Assembly: GCA_041662745.1 (NCBI GenBank)
Contig: JBAZRV010000001.1
Span: 120,001-152,000 of the forward strand
DNA: 32,000 bases
DNA from: Patescibacteria group bacterium
GTDB taxonomy: Bacteria; Patescibacteriota; Patescibacteriia; 2-01-FULL-39-33
Reading direction: 5' to 3'
The notes under the pieces were generated by a model. That model was given only the letters and a program-made list of their open reading frames with translations, did no database searches and was not told the origin of the DNA. Each line of letters begins with the position of its first letter. The stretch's first letter is position 1. Positions 15,307-23,870 of the stretch are shown here, one piece after another. Both the position numbers and the translations under genes were made by a program.

Positions 15307-17178
15307 TTAAGGAATAATCAATAATTCTGAAGTGGTGGTCGCTACTACTCCGATTAAACACACTGCTTGCCAGGGCCTGTAAACAGAAGAAAAAGTGGTT
15401 GTTGCCGTATGTCCGTCAGAATAATCAACAATATAATTAAATGATGCGCTTACCCCTTTATGGGAAACCTCGGTGCATTTTTGTTCTCCTGGTTTTAAAT
15501 CGTTACTCTCAATAATTTTAGTAGGAAGAGGGTCTTTCCACCCCCAAACCTTCGGTTTTGTTCTGGTGGCAGTGCGTCCATCATTAATTCCCCAAAAATC
15601 AAAGTATAATTTATCGCCCTCTATTCTGGCTTGGATTAAAATGTAATTGCCGGTATCGTTTTTAAATCTTAAATCCGGCTTGGGATCATAAATTGTCGCA
15701 TCAACTCCCGGTAAGCCATTTTCTAAATAATAAGTTACATTGTAAGAATGGTTCTGTCGTTCCAAAATAGGCAAACCGGAGGCTAAAGCGGCGCGAAAAA
15801 CCGTAGTTCCTATCTGGCATAATCCGCCGCCGTATTCTGCCGTAGTTTTATTGCCTTTAATCACTAATTCGGGAAAATAACCGTTAGCCGCGTCTACCGG
15901 CAATAAGGCTTTAATTAAGGAAAACTCCTCATCCGGCTTAATCAACAAGCCATGCAGCTTGGCGGCGCCGTTTTTAATGTTTTTGCGGCGATTAGTCGGG
16001 CTGCCGGCGAATGATGATTGTCCGGTACCGATAATTTCTTTAATGCCAAGATCATTAACCTGATCGGTTGTTACCTCAGGATAAACTTCTTTGGTGATTA
16101 TGGTTATCTGATTAACAGAATAGCTATTGTTAATTATTTTTTGATTAAAATCATTATAGGCTTCTTCTTTATCAGCTTCCAATCCGTTTTGATGAGTTGA
16201 TAACTTATTCACTTTGCCGTCTTTTATTTCCAAAGAAGCGTTTTTAGCCGGCAGATCTAACTCTGGGCTGATATTTAATTTAAACCAATCAAAAAATTTA
16301 TCTTGATTAATGCCAACGGCTATTTTATTACCTATTTTTTGGAATTCTATCAATTGGCTTAGGCTTTTTTTGCTTAAAATCCATCTTTTATCCTGATAAG
16401 TAAATTCTGTACTGGAGGCGTTAAGGATGGTTTGTATTTCATTCTGCTTATTACTTACTTCTATTTGCTTTATTTGCGGTTGCGAAATAATCGGATTAAC
16501 TTTTATTGGCCTGTTTTCTAATTGATTAAGGTTATCCTTTATTTCTTTGATAATACCGTTATAATCGATAAGTAACCCTTGTTTTTCCGGTAAAATCGTT
16601 ATTTGGCAATTATTTTTTTCACATTCAATATTAGGAGCGGAATTTATTGCTGGCTGCTCTAATGATTTAAATTGTTGCTTTAATAAATTAATTAATAATT
16701 CTTCGTTTAATTTATAACTGGCTGATAATTTCTTATGGCCGGAAAGTACATCTAATTGCTGAACAATATTTAAAAATAAATTATTATTATGGCCTAATTG
16801 AAAATTACCATATACTGTCTGATGAATATCAAAAAATAATAAATCAACTCCCGAAACATCCGGATCTTCCGGTATTTCTAAAGGTGAAATTTTTTCCTGA
16901 TTATCACTTTGATAGATAAAACTGAAGCCATCTTGGCTTATTTTATTAGTCTTATTTTCTATTTTGTCTAATGCTTGACTAATAGTTAAATTTGACAAGT
17001 CAGTTGAGCTTATACGACTGCGAGGGAAAAATTTAACAGTATAAACTAATTCAAAAAAAATAATAAAAACAAACAAAATTAAAAAAATAACGGCGACAGC
17101 AATTATTACTAACCAGTGGCCGCTTAATTTATTATTGATCTTACTTGACTGTATTTTCTTCAGTAAATCTTCAAGCAT
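15307..17178 (-). CDS. VanW-family protein with N-terminal membrane anchor
   Basis: TM segment WLVIIAVAVIFLILFVFIIFF. C-terminal VanW-like core reads YGGGLCQIGTTVFRAALASGLPILERQNHSYNVTYY. Confidence 0.8.
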   Translation of the reverse strand: MLEDLLKKIQSSKINNKLSGHWLVIIAVAVIFLILFVFIIFFELVYTVKFFPRSRISSTDLSNLTISQALDKIENKTNKISQDGFSFIYQSDNQEKISPLEIPEDPDVSGVDLLFFDIHQTVYGNFQLGHNNNLFLNIVQQLDVLSGHKKLSASYKLNEELLINLLKQQFKSLEQPAINSAPNIECEKNNCQITILPEKQGLLIDYNGIIKEIKDNLNQLENRPIKVNPIISQPQIKQIEVSNKQNEIQTILNASSTEFTYQDKRWILSKKSLSQLIEFQKIGNKIAVGINQDKFFDWFKLNISPELDLPAKNASLEIKDGKVNKLSTHQNGLEADKEEAYNDFNQKIINNSYSVNQITIITKEVYPEVTTDQVNDLGIKEIIGTGQSSFAGSPTNRRKNIKNGAAKLHGLLIKPDEEFSLIKALLPVDAANGYFPELVIKGNKTTAEYGGGLCQIGTTVFRAALASGLPILERQNHSYNVTYYLENGLPGVDATIYDPKPDLRFKNDTGNYILIQARIEGDKLYFDFWGINDGRTATRTKPKVWGWKDPLPTKIIESNDLKPGEQKCTEVSHKGVSASFNYIVDYSDGHTATTTFSSVYRPWQAVCLIGVVATTTSELLIIP

Positions 17179-17398
17179 TATCGGTTTGAAAAATTTTTTT
17201 TAATAAATTCTTAGTTTGATCCTCTTGGTATTTATCATCAATTTGTTCTGGCAAAATACTGATTTTAACCGTTTCGCCGTCTTTTATAATCCAATTGATT
17301 TCTTTTTTCGGCCAAAGCAATTCTCTTCCATCTTCAAATTTTATCACTAAGAAATCACCCGCCTGCTCGCTAATCACTCCCTTTTCCTGATTAATCAT
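17171..17398 (-). CDS. Small protein, DUF3006-like
   Basis: 75 aa. GVISEQAGDFLVIKFEDGRELLWPKKEI..KDGETVKISI resembles the DUF3006 pattern. Its stop overlaps the vanW start by 8 nt. Confidence 0.45.
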   Translation of the reverse strand: MINQEKGVISEQAGDFLVIKFEDGRELLWPKKEINWIIKDGETVKISILPEQIDDKYQEDQTKNLLKKIFQTDNA

Positions 17399-17401
17399 AA
17401 A

Positions 17402-17839
17402 TTACTCATTTATTTGCCTTATTTTTATTCCTGATGTTTTATATTTTTTTGGTAATTTTATCGTTAATACGCCATTCTTAAGATTAGCATCTATTTTTTT
17501 CTGGTCAACTTCCCGCGGTAAAACAATTGAACGGGAAAAAGCCCCCCAATAACATTCTTGAGAATAATAATCTTCCTTAATTGCTTCATCTTCCTGTTGG
17601 CGCGAACCCCTGATAGTCAATAAATCATTAGAAATAGAAATATCCAGATCCTCCGGTTTGACTCCGGCAACCGTAGTTCTGACTATAATATCGTTTTTTG
17701 TTTCATAAACATCGCAAGATAATTGGGCTTCCCCGTCAAACCATTGGGGATTATTGCCAAAATACCCAATAAAATCATTGTTTTCTTGAGTATTCATGCT
17801 TTCCATACTTGTCTTTGTTTTTAAGAAAGAATTAGCCAT
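17402..17839 (-). CDS. Hsp20/alpha-crystallin small heat-shock protein
   Basis: Alpha-crystallin domain DVYETKNDIIVRTTVAGVKPEDLDISISNDLLTIRG...FSRSIVLPREVDQKKIDANLKNGVLTIKLPK. Confidence 0.85.
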   Translation of the reverse strand: MANSFLKTKTSMESMNTQENNDFIGYFGNNPQWFDGEAQLSCDVYETKNDIIVRTTVAGVKPEDLDISISNDLLTIRGSRQQEDEAIKEDYYSQECYWGAFSRSIVLPREVDQKKIDANLKNGVLTIKLPKKYKTSGIKIRQINE

Positions 17840-17950
17840 ATGTTTATATTATAACAGGATATTAAAAATAAATATAGACTAATACTTGACTTTATTATAT
17901 TTTAATCTTGAGGTATCTATTATATAATATAGCTATATTAATAAATTTTT

Positions 17951-18373
17951 ATGTTTAAAGAAAACCAACCATTAATAAATGAAACGGATACCATTATTGG
18001 TCCATCAGTAAAAGTCGAAGGTGATTTCATTACTGAAGGCAATATTATTGTTGAAGGCATGATTTGCGGCACAATCAAAACAAGTAAAAATCTTAAAGTC
18101 GGTCCTGATTCAAAAATATTCGCCAATATTGGAGCAGAAAATGCTTTAGTTGCCGGAGAGATACAAGGTAATATTAATATAAAAAATAAATTGGAATTAA
18201 CTTCTACCGCCAGGATTTACGGAGATATAAAAACTGGCATTTTATCAATTGCCGGCGGTGCTTTAGTTAATGGCAAATGCACTATGAATGACAATAAAGA
18301 CCGCAGTCCCAAACCAGAATCAACTAAACAGAAAAAAATGGAATTAAAACCGCCGCTAATCGATAAGCAATAA
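17951..18373 (+). CDS. Bactofilin (polymer-forming cytoskeletal protein)
   Basis: Beta-helical repeat pattern IIGPSVKVEGDFITEGNIIVEGMICGTIKTSKNLKVGPDSKIFANIGAENALVAGEIQGNI...IYGDIKTGILSIAGGALVNGKCTM, with a disordered basic tail. Confidence 0.85.
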   Translation: MFKENQPLINETDTIIGPSVKVEGDFITEGNIIVEGMICGTIKTSKNLKVGPDSKIFANIGAENALVAGEIQGNINIKNKLELTSTARIYGDIKTGILSIAGGALVNGKCTMNDNKDRSPKPESTKQKKMELKPPLIDKQ

Positions 18374-18383
18374 ATTATTTATG

Positions 18384-18410
18384 CCCGCGGTTAAAACGCG
18401 GGTGTATTTT
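18384..18410 (+). terminator. Candidate terminator after the bactofilin gene
   Basis: cccgcg-gttaaaa-cgcggg followed by tgtatttt. Confidence 0.4.
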
Positions 18411-18418
18411 AATTGATT

Positions 18419-19174
18419 ATGTATTATTACATTTACGATAATTATTTAAATGAGGCCAAATACAGCAATACTCTTTCCAAAATAGAGTCACGGTTGGCTG
18501 ATTTTGGAATTAATGGAAAAATAACCAGAATCTCCCCTTTAAAAAATCTTAAATTAACTTTACGCGATGATTTAAATCAAGGCATAAAAACAGTGGTAGT
18601 AGTAGGCAATGATAAGACTTTAAATCAAATAATCAATCTTTTACCTAATTTATCATTAACTTTAGGATTTATACCGGTTGGACCTAATAATAATTTATGT
18701 AATATTTTTGGCATTCCGGAAGGGGAAGAGGCATGTAATATCTTATCGCAAAGAATAATAGAAAAAATAAGTCTCGGCTTAATAAATGATCATTATTATT
18801 TTATTTCTTACTTAGAAATGTCCGGTGATAATATCAATATTAATTGTAATGATGATTATTATATTAGTGTTGATAAAAAAAACAGTATTATAACTGTTAG
18901 TAATATTTATTACGGGGAATATACCAATAAAATTCCTTTAGTTAATAATAATAATTGGCTTAATTTAGTAATTAAAAATGTTAATAAAAAAATATTTTCT
19001 CAATCAAAAGAATTTTTCAGTTATTTTAAAGCGAAAAAAATAAAAATAGACAGTGATAAATCAATTCCCATACTTTTAATTGATGAGAAAAGAATCATTA
19101 AAAATCCAATAAAAGTAAATTTAGCGCCAGAAAAAATAAATCTAATTGTAGGAAAGAATAGAAAATATAATTAA
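18419..19174 (+). CDS. Diacylglycerol/lipid kinase-fold (DAGK_cat / YegS-like) protein with degenerate catalytic motifs
   Basis: Family pattern ..TVVVVGNDKTLNQIINLL...LGFIPVGPNNNLCNIFGIP. The canonical GGDGT is replaced by GNDKT and GTGND by GPNNN. The TTG at 18413 is an alternative start. Confidence 0.55.
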   Translation: MYYYIYDNYLNEAKYSNTLSKIESRLADFGINGKITRISPLKNLKLTLRDDLNQGIKTVVVVGNDKTLNQIINLLPNLSLTLGFIPVGPNNNLCNIFGIPEGEEACNILSQRIIEKISLGLINDHYYFISYLEMSGDNININCNDDYYISVDKKNSIITVSNIYYGEYTNKIPLVNNNNWLNLVIKNVNKKIFSQSKEFFSYFKAKKIKIDSDKSIPILLIDEKRIIKNPIKVNLAPEKINLIVGKNRKYN

Positions 19175-19205
19175 AAAACCCCTCCTTTAGTAGGAGGGGT
19201 TTTTT
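19173..19205. terminator. Bidirectional intrinsic terminator
   Basis: aaaaaacccctcct-ttagt-aggaggggtttttt lies between convergent genes. Confidence 0.75.
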
Positions 19206-19207
19206 AA

Positions 19208-20347
19208 TTACTGCCTGATAGGCATAATTAAATAGAGATAATTATTGTCTTCACCTCTGATTATACAAGGATTATTAGGATCACTAATGGAAAATTCTGC
19301 TTTTTCCGAAGTTAATACTTGTAATCCATCTAATAAATATTTATAATTCAGAATAATTTCCCCGCCTTGGCCGATTTTTTCCATTTCTACCACTGATTCA
19401 TTTTCACCTGTTTGAGAAGATGAAGAAGTGATTATTAATTCATTGGGAGATTTATTATAATCTAATTTTATATCAAATACGCCGTTTTTTACAAATAAAC
19501 TGGCAGTTTTTACCGCTTTAATTAATTCATTAATATTAACCTTTAATTTATTTGGACATTCTATGGGTATGATTTGATTATAATCGGGATATTGTCCGTC
19601 AATTAAACGGGAAATAAATTCTACACCATTATAAACAAACATAATTTGATTTTCATTGGTGTAAATTTCTATATTCTCTATTACTTCTAAATTATCATCA
19701 TCTTTAAATACGCTTAAAATACGGGAAATCTCTTGCAGTGATTTGGCGGGAATAATGACTTTTTCATTATTATTTGATTTAGAATTTTTATTATTCTCAA
19801 TATAATCAATTTTTATCTCCGCTAAACGATAACTGTCAGTAGCGGCTAAAATTAATTTATTATCAGAAAAATCCATTAAAACACCGGATAATTCCGGCCT
19901 TAATTCGGAATTAGCGGCTGAAAAAAACACGCTATAAATGGCGTCTCGCAATTTTTTAGCGGAAATAATATAAGGGTTTTCTTTTTCAATTTTAGGTATT
20001 AAAGGAAAGTCAGAAGTATTTTGGCCTTTTATTTTAGTTTTTTGTTTTTGACATTGAACTTTTAATTCTTCATTAATCAATTCCAAATCAATCCGATCTT
20101 TAGGTAATAAAGAAATATAATTATTAAGTAACTTAGCGTCAATTGAAAATTCCCCGTTATTTTCCACTTTACTTCTAATATTAACAGTTACTCCAACCTC
20201 TAAATTAGTCGCTGATAAAGTTAAATTATTATTTTCAGCTTTAATTAAAATATTAGCCAATATTGGCAAATTAGAATTTTTTCCTGCTATATGGGAAGTA
20301 ATATTTATTGCTTGATTAAGATTTTCTTGAGTGCAAGATAATTTCAT
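19208..20347 (-). CDS. dnaN: DNA polymerase III beta sliding clamp
   Basis: 379 aa. Begins MKLSCTQENLNQAINITSHIAGKNSNLPILANILI and ends PCIIRGEDNNYLYLIMPIRQ. Lies directly downstream of dnaA. Confidence 0.9.
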   Translation of the reverse strand: MKLSCTQENLNQAINITSHIAGKNSNLPILANILIKAENNNLTLSATNLEVGVTVNIRSKVENNGEFSIDAKLLNNYISLLPKDRIDLELINEELKVQCQKQKTKIKGQNTSDFPLIPKIEKENPYIISAKKLRDAIYSVFFSAANSELRPELSGVLMDFSDNKLILAATDSYRLAEIKIDYIENNKNSKSNNNEKVIIPAKSLQEISRILSVFKDDDNLEVIENIEIYTNENQIMFVYNGVEFISRLIDGQYPDYNQIIPIECPNKLKVNINELIKAVKTASLFVKNGVFDIKLDYNKSPNELIITSSSSQTGENESVVEMEKIGQGGEIILNYKYLLDGLQVLTSEKAEFSISDPNNPCIIRGEDNNYLYLIMPIRQ

Positions 20348-20682
20348 ATTAGTATTTATAATAATATATATATAACTAATAATAGTAATAATGGACTGGT
20401 TAAAGTGTATAACTATTATTATATCTTATAGTTGTTGGATTTTATTGATAATTTACTTGTTGATAATAACTGCTTAATTTGATTTGATATCTTTATAATT
20501 TAGGTAAAAATTTATTACTTTATTTTTCCCCACTTAATAATCAAATTAATTCACTGTTTTAACACTCTTAAGTCACTTTATTATTAGTGATATCACCAAG
20601 TTATCCTAAAGTGGAAAAAATGAGGATAAGTTTTTTCCACTATTATAATTATTTATCACCAAGTTATCCACTAAATATATAA
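20348..20682. other. dnaA-dnaN intergenic region: AT-rich tract plus DnaA-box-like motifs (candidate oriC half with the unwinding element)
   Basis: TTATCCACT at 20664-20672 and TGAGGATAA at 20621-20629 each have 1 mismatch to TTATCCACA. TTATCCTAA is at 20601. A 16-nt direct repeat tatcaccaagttatcc occurs at 20591 and 20654. 20348-20560 is very AT-rich. Confidence 0.5.
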
Positions 20683-22098
20683 TTAAACGAATAATTTTTG
20701 CTTGATTATATTTACATCTTGCCTGATTTTTTCATTTATTTTAATAAGATTAATAATTTTATCGCAAGCATGTATAACAGTGGTGTGATCGCGCCCGCCT
20801 AATTCTTGGCCGATTACCGGATAGGATAATTTAAGCTCTTCCCGCATTAAATACATAATAATTTGGCGCGGTTCAGTTAAATTTTTCTTTCGGCAAGGGC
20901 TTATAATATTATCAATAGTTATATCATAATATTCAGAAACTAATTTAATTATATTTTTTGGGGTTAAATTGTTTTTTTGGTTATTACTGATTGTGGCCGC
21001 GGTAATCTGTTTAACCTCTTCTAAAGAAATAGAGCGATTTTGCAGTTGGGTTAAAGCAATAACTCTATTTAATACCCCTTCTAATTCCCGAATATTATTT
21101 CTAATTGACCCGGCTAAATATTCAATAATATTATACTCTAGTGTAGTATTTTTTTCTTTTAATTTCTCTTGAATAATTGCGATTTTTGTCTCTAAATCAG
21201 GAATGGAAATATCAACGATCATTCCCCATTCAAAACGAGAAATTAAACGCTGTTCAATATCCGGTATCGCTTTAGGCGGCCGATCAGAAGAAATAATAAT
21301 TTGTTTGTTATTTTGGTGTAATTCATTGAATATATTAAAGAAAATCTCCTCAGTTCTTTCTTTATTAGATAAAAATTGGATATCATCAATTAAAAGAACA
21401 TCCAAAGTCCTATATTTATTATTAAATTCTTCCATGGAGCGCTGGCCGTTACCGGAAAGATTGCGTACAGCTGTTAAATAATCATTGGTAAAATTTTCAC
21501 AAGTTGTATAAAAAACCTTAATTTCCTGGTTATTTTCCAATATTTTATTGCCAATAGCATGCATTAAATGGGTTTTACCCAATCCAACACCGCCATAAAT
21601 AAATAAGGGATTATAGGCTGTGCCAGGAGATTTTATTACTGCTAAAGCCGCAGCATGGGCTAAATCATTATTTTTTCCTACAATAAAAGTATTAAGAGTA
21701 TACTTATAATTTAATCCATTTTTATTATTAGGCAATTTTTCATTGCTTACCCGATTAGGCGATTCAAATATTTCTTTAATAGGAGTTGTTTTTTCATTGC
21801 TAATTATAACTTCTACTGGTTTAGTAAAAGCATTTTTATTTTGGGTTGATGACTCTATTTTATATTCAATTTCTTTTAAATTATGATTATTGGTTATATT
21901 TCTGATCGCTTTTAATATGGCGCTGTGATATTTTTTAGCCAAATATTCCTTAGTGAAAATATTAGGGACATTAATCACTACTTTATTATCATCATAACTA
22001 ACTATATTAGTATGCCTAAACCAAGTAGTAAAATTAGCTTTAGATAATAAAGTTTCTAATTCTCCTAAAGTGGCCTGCCAGAGTTCTTGTGGTGTCAT
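20683..22098 (-). CDS. dnaA: Chromosomal replication initiator DnaA
   Basis: Walker A GGVGLGKTHLMHAIGN, Walker B LLIDDIQFL, sensor/box VII region ISSDRPP, C-terminal DNA-binding GGRDHTTVIHACDKI. Confidence 0.95.
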   Translation of the reverse strand: MTPQELWQATLGELETLLSKANFTTWFRHTNIVSYDDNKVVINVPNIFTKEYLAKKYHSAILKAIRNITNNHNLKEIEYKIESSTQNKNAFTKPVEVIISNEKTTPIKEIFESPNRVSNEKLPNNKNGLNYKYTLNTFIVGKNNDLAHAAALAVIKSPGTAYNPLFIYGGVGLGKTHLMHAIGNKILENNQEIKVFYTTCENFTNDYLTAVRNLSGNGQRSMEEFNNKYRTLDVLLIDDIQFLSNKERTEEIFFNIFNELHQNNKQIIISSDRPPKAIPDIEQRLISRFEWGMIVDISIPDLETKIAIIQEKLKEKNTTLEYNIIEYLAGSIRNNIRELEGVLNRVIALTQLQNRSISLEEVKQITAATISNNQKNNLTPKNIIKLVSEYYDITIDNIISPCRKKNLTEPRQIIMYLMREELKLSYPVIGQELGGRDHTTVIHACDKIINLIKINEKIRQDVNIIKQKLFV

Positions 22099-22166
22099 AC
22101 TAAAATATTAATTAAGTAAAGGTATTAAAAGGAGTTTCTATTTAAGTTAATAACATTTTATCATAA

Positions 22167-22232
22167 TTATCCACAATTGGAAACCGATCAAAAAAAGAAA
22201 GAAAGGTTAAACTGTTAATAACTTGTGGATAA
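22167..22232. promoter_or_regulatory. Two perfect DnaA boxes in inverted orientation between dnaA and rpmH
   Basis: TTATCCACA at 22167-22175 and TGTGGATAA at 22224-22232, read directly. Confidence 0.75.
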
Positions 22233-22304
22233 TAATTTTTATTGACTTATAATAAAAAAAATGTTACTTTTACTTTAGTTATTAATAATCATTTTTAGTA
22301 TTTT

Positions 22305-22460
22305 ATGGCAACTAAAAGAACTTATCAACCACATAAAGTTAAAAGGGTTAAAAAACATGGTTTTAGAGCTAAAAACCGTACCCACACAGGTAAATTAGTC
22401 TTAAAAAGAAGAAGAGCCAAAGGAAGAAAGAAGTTGGTTATCTCGGCTGGATCTAAATAA
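22305..22460 (+). CDS. rpmH: 50S ribosomal protein L34
   Basis: 51-aa ORF missing from the track: [51 protein letters not shown]. Has the classic position upstream of rnpA. Confidence 0.9.
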   Translation: MATKRTYQPHKVKRVKKHGFRAKNRTHTGKLVLKRRRAKGRKKLVISAGSK

Positions 22461-22484
22461 TTATAATTTGGCTAAATTTACATT

Positions 22485-22823
22485 ATGTTGGCCAAAAAAT
22501 ATAGAATCTCTAAAAAGCAAGAGTTTGAAAAAATATTCAAAAACGGCAAAAAAGACTCAAGTCATAATTTTATTATCAGATTTATGGATAATGACTTAGA
22601 AAACTGCCGTTTTTCTGTTATTGTCAGTAATAAAATTAGCGGTAAAGCCACGGAGAGGAATAAGATTAGACGCAGAGCCAAGGCTATTATAAGTGATAAT
22701 TTGTCTAATTTTAGGAAAAATATTGATCTATTAATTATAGCTCTATTACCAAGTAAAAAACTTGATTTTGCCAATTTTAACAGTGATATTGTAAAATTAC
22801 TGGTAAAAAACAAAATTATATGA
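22485..22823 (+). CDS. rnpA: Ribonuclease P protein component
   Basis: 112-aa basic protein with RNR-type motif [12 protein letters not shown], in the order rpmH-rnpA-yidD-yidC. Confidence 0.85.
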   Translation: MLAKKYRISKKQEFEKIFKNGKKDSSHNFIIRFMDNDLENCRFSVIVSNKISGKATERNKIRRRAKAIISDNLSNFRKNIDLLIIALLPSKKLDFANFNSDIVKLLVKNKII

Positions 22824-23074
22824 ATTTTTTGTCTAATTTTACAAAAATTTCAGTTTTAAGACTAATAAAAATTTATCAAAAGATATTATCATTTGATCAT
22901 GGCTTATTTAAAAATCTATTCCCTTACGGTTATTGCCGTTTTCACCCAACATGCTCAGAATACGGCTATCAAGCTATAGATAAGTATGGAGTAATAAAGG
23001 GTGGTTTTATGGCATTTATTCGTATTCTTAAATGCAATCCTTTTTCTAAAGGCGGCTTTGATCCGATAAAATAA
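22820..23074 (+). CDS. yidD: Membrane protein insertion efficiency factor YidD
   Basis: YQKILS...[37 protein letters not shown]. Overlaps the rnpA stop by 4 nt. Confidence 0.85.
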   Translation: MNFLSNFTKISVLRLIKIYQKILSFDHGLFKNLFPYGYCRFHPTCSEYGYQAIDKYGVIKGGFMAFIRILKCNPFSKGGFDPIK

Positions 23075-23083
23075 CTTAAAATT

Positions 23084-23833
23084 ATGATTAATTTGATTAT
23101 AAATGCTTTTAATTTGATTTGTTATCAGCCATTACTTAATTTATTGGTTTTTGTTTATAATATTATTCCCGGACACGATATTGGTCTGGTGATAATTACT
23201 TTGACTTTATTAATAAAATTAGCTTTATATCTGCCATCACGCAGTACGATTAAAGCCCAGCAATCATTACAGGAGTTACAGCCGAAAATTGATGAAATGA
23301 AAGAAAAATATAAAGATGATAAAGAACGGCAAGCCAAAGAAATGATGAATTTGTATAAGGAGCATAAAATTAATCCACTCTCTTCTTGTTTGCCCTTGCT
23401 TATCCAATTGCCTTTTTTAATTGCCATTTATCAAGTGTTTAATACCGGTTTAAGAAATGGCAGTTTATCTTTGCTTTATCCGTTTATTGCTAATCCCGGC
23501 CACATCAACTCTTTAGCTTTTGGATTTTTAGATATGGCTAAACCCCAATGGATTTTGGCCGTTTTAGCCGGCGCCGCGCAATATTGGCAAGCATCTATGA
23601 TGATTGCCAAACGTCCGGCAATTAAAAATAAAGACAGCAAGGATGAGGATATGTCAGCGATCATGAGTCGTCAAATGACGATTATGATGCCTTTAATGAC
23701 CATAGTAATCGGTTGGAGTCTGCCTAGCGGTTTGGTATTTTATTGGTTATTATTAACAGTTTTCACTTCCTTGCAACAATTAATCACAAAAAAGAAAACA
23801 ATTACCGATAAAGCAGAAGTTATAAATAATTAA
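23084..23833 (+). CDS. yidC: Membrane protein insertase YidC (short form)
   Basis: QPKIDEMKEKYKDDKERQAKEMMNLYKEHKINPLSSCLPLLIQLPFLIAIY and PSGLVFYWLLLTVFTSLQQ motifs; multiple TM segments. Confidence 0.85.
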   Translation: MINLIINAFNLICYQPLLNLLVFVYNIIPGHDIGLVIITLTLLIKLALYLPSRSTIKAQQSLQELQPKIDEMKEKYKDDKERQAKEMMNLYKEHKINPLSSCLPLLIQLPFLIAIYQVFNTGLRNGSLSLLYPFIANPGHINSLAFGFLDMAKPQWILAVLAGAAQYWQASMMIAKRPAIKNKDSKDEDMSAIMSRQMTIMMPLMTIVIGWSLPSGLVFYWLLLTVFTSLQQLITKKKTITDKAEVINN

Positions 23834-23840
23834 AGTAATT

Positions 23841-23868
23841 AAAAAACCCGGAAACTTCCGGGTTTTTT
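23841..23868. terminator. Bidirectional intrinsic terminator
   Basis: aaaaaacccggaaacttccgggtttttt lies between convergent yidC and the PBP gene. Confidence 0.75.
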
Positions 23869-23870
23869 AA

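Noticed and set aside
17886-17928. TTGACT and TATAAT hexamers upstream of the bactofilin gene, considered as a promoter.
   Set aside because: The spacing between the hexamers is 31 nt, so they cannot form one sigma70-type promoter. No acceptable partner hexamers were found.
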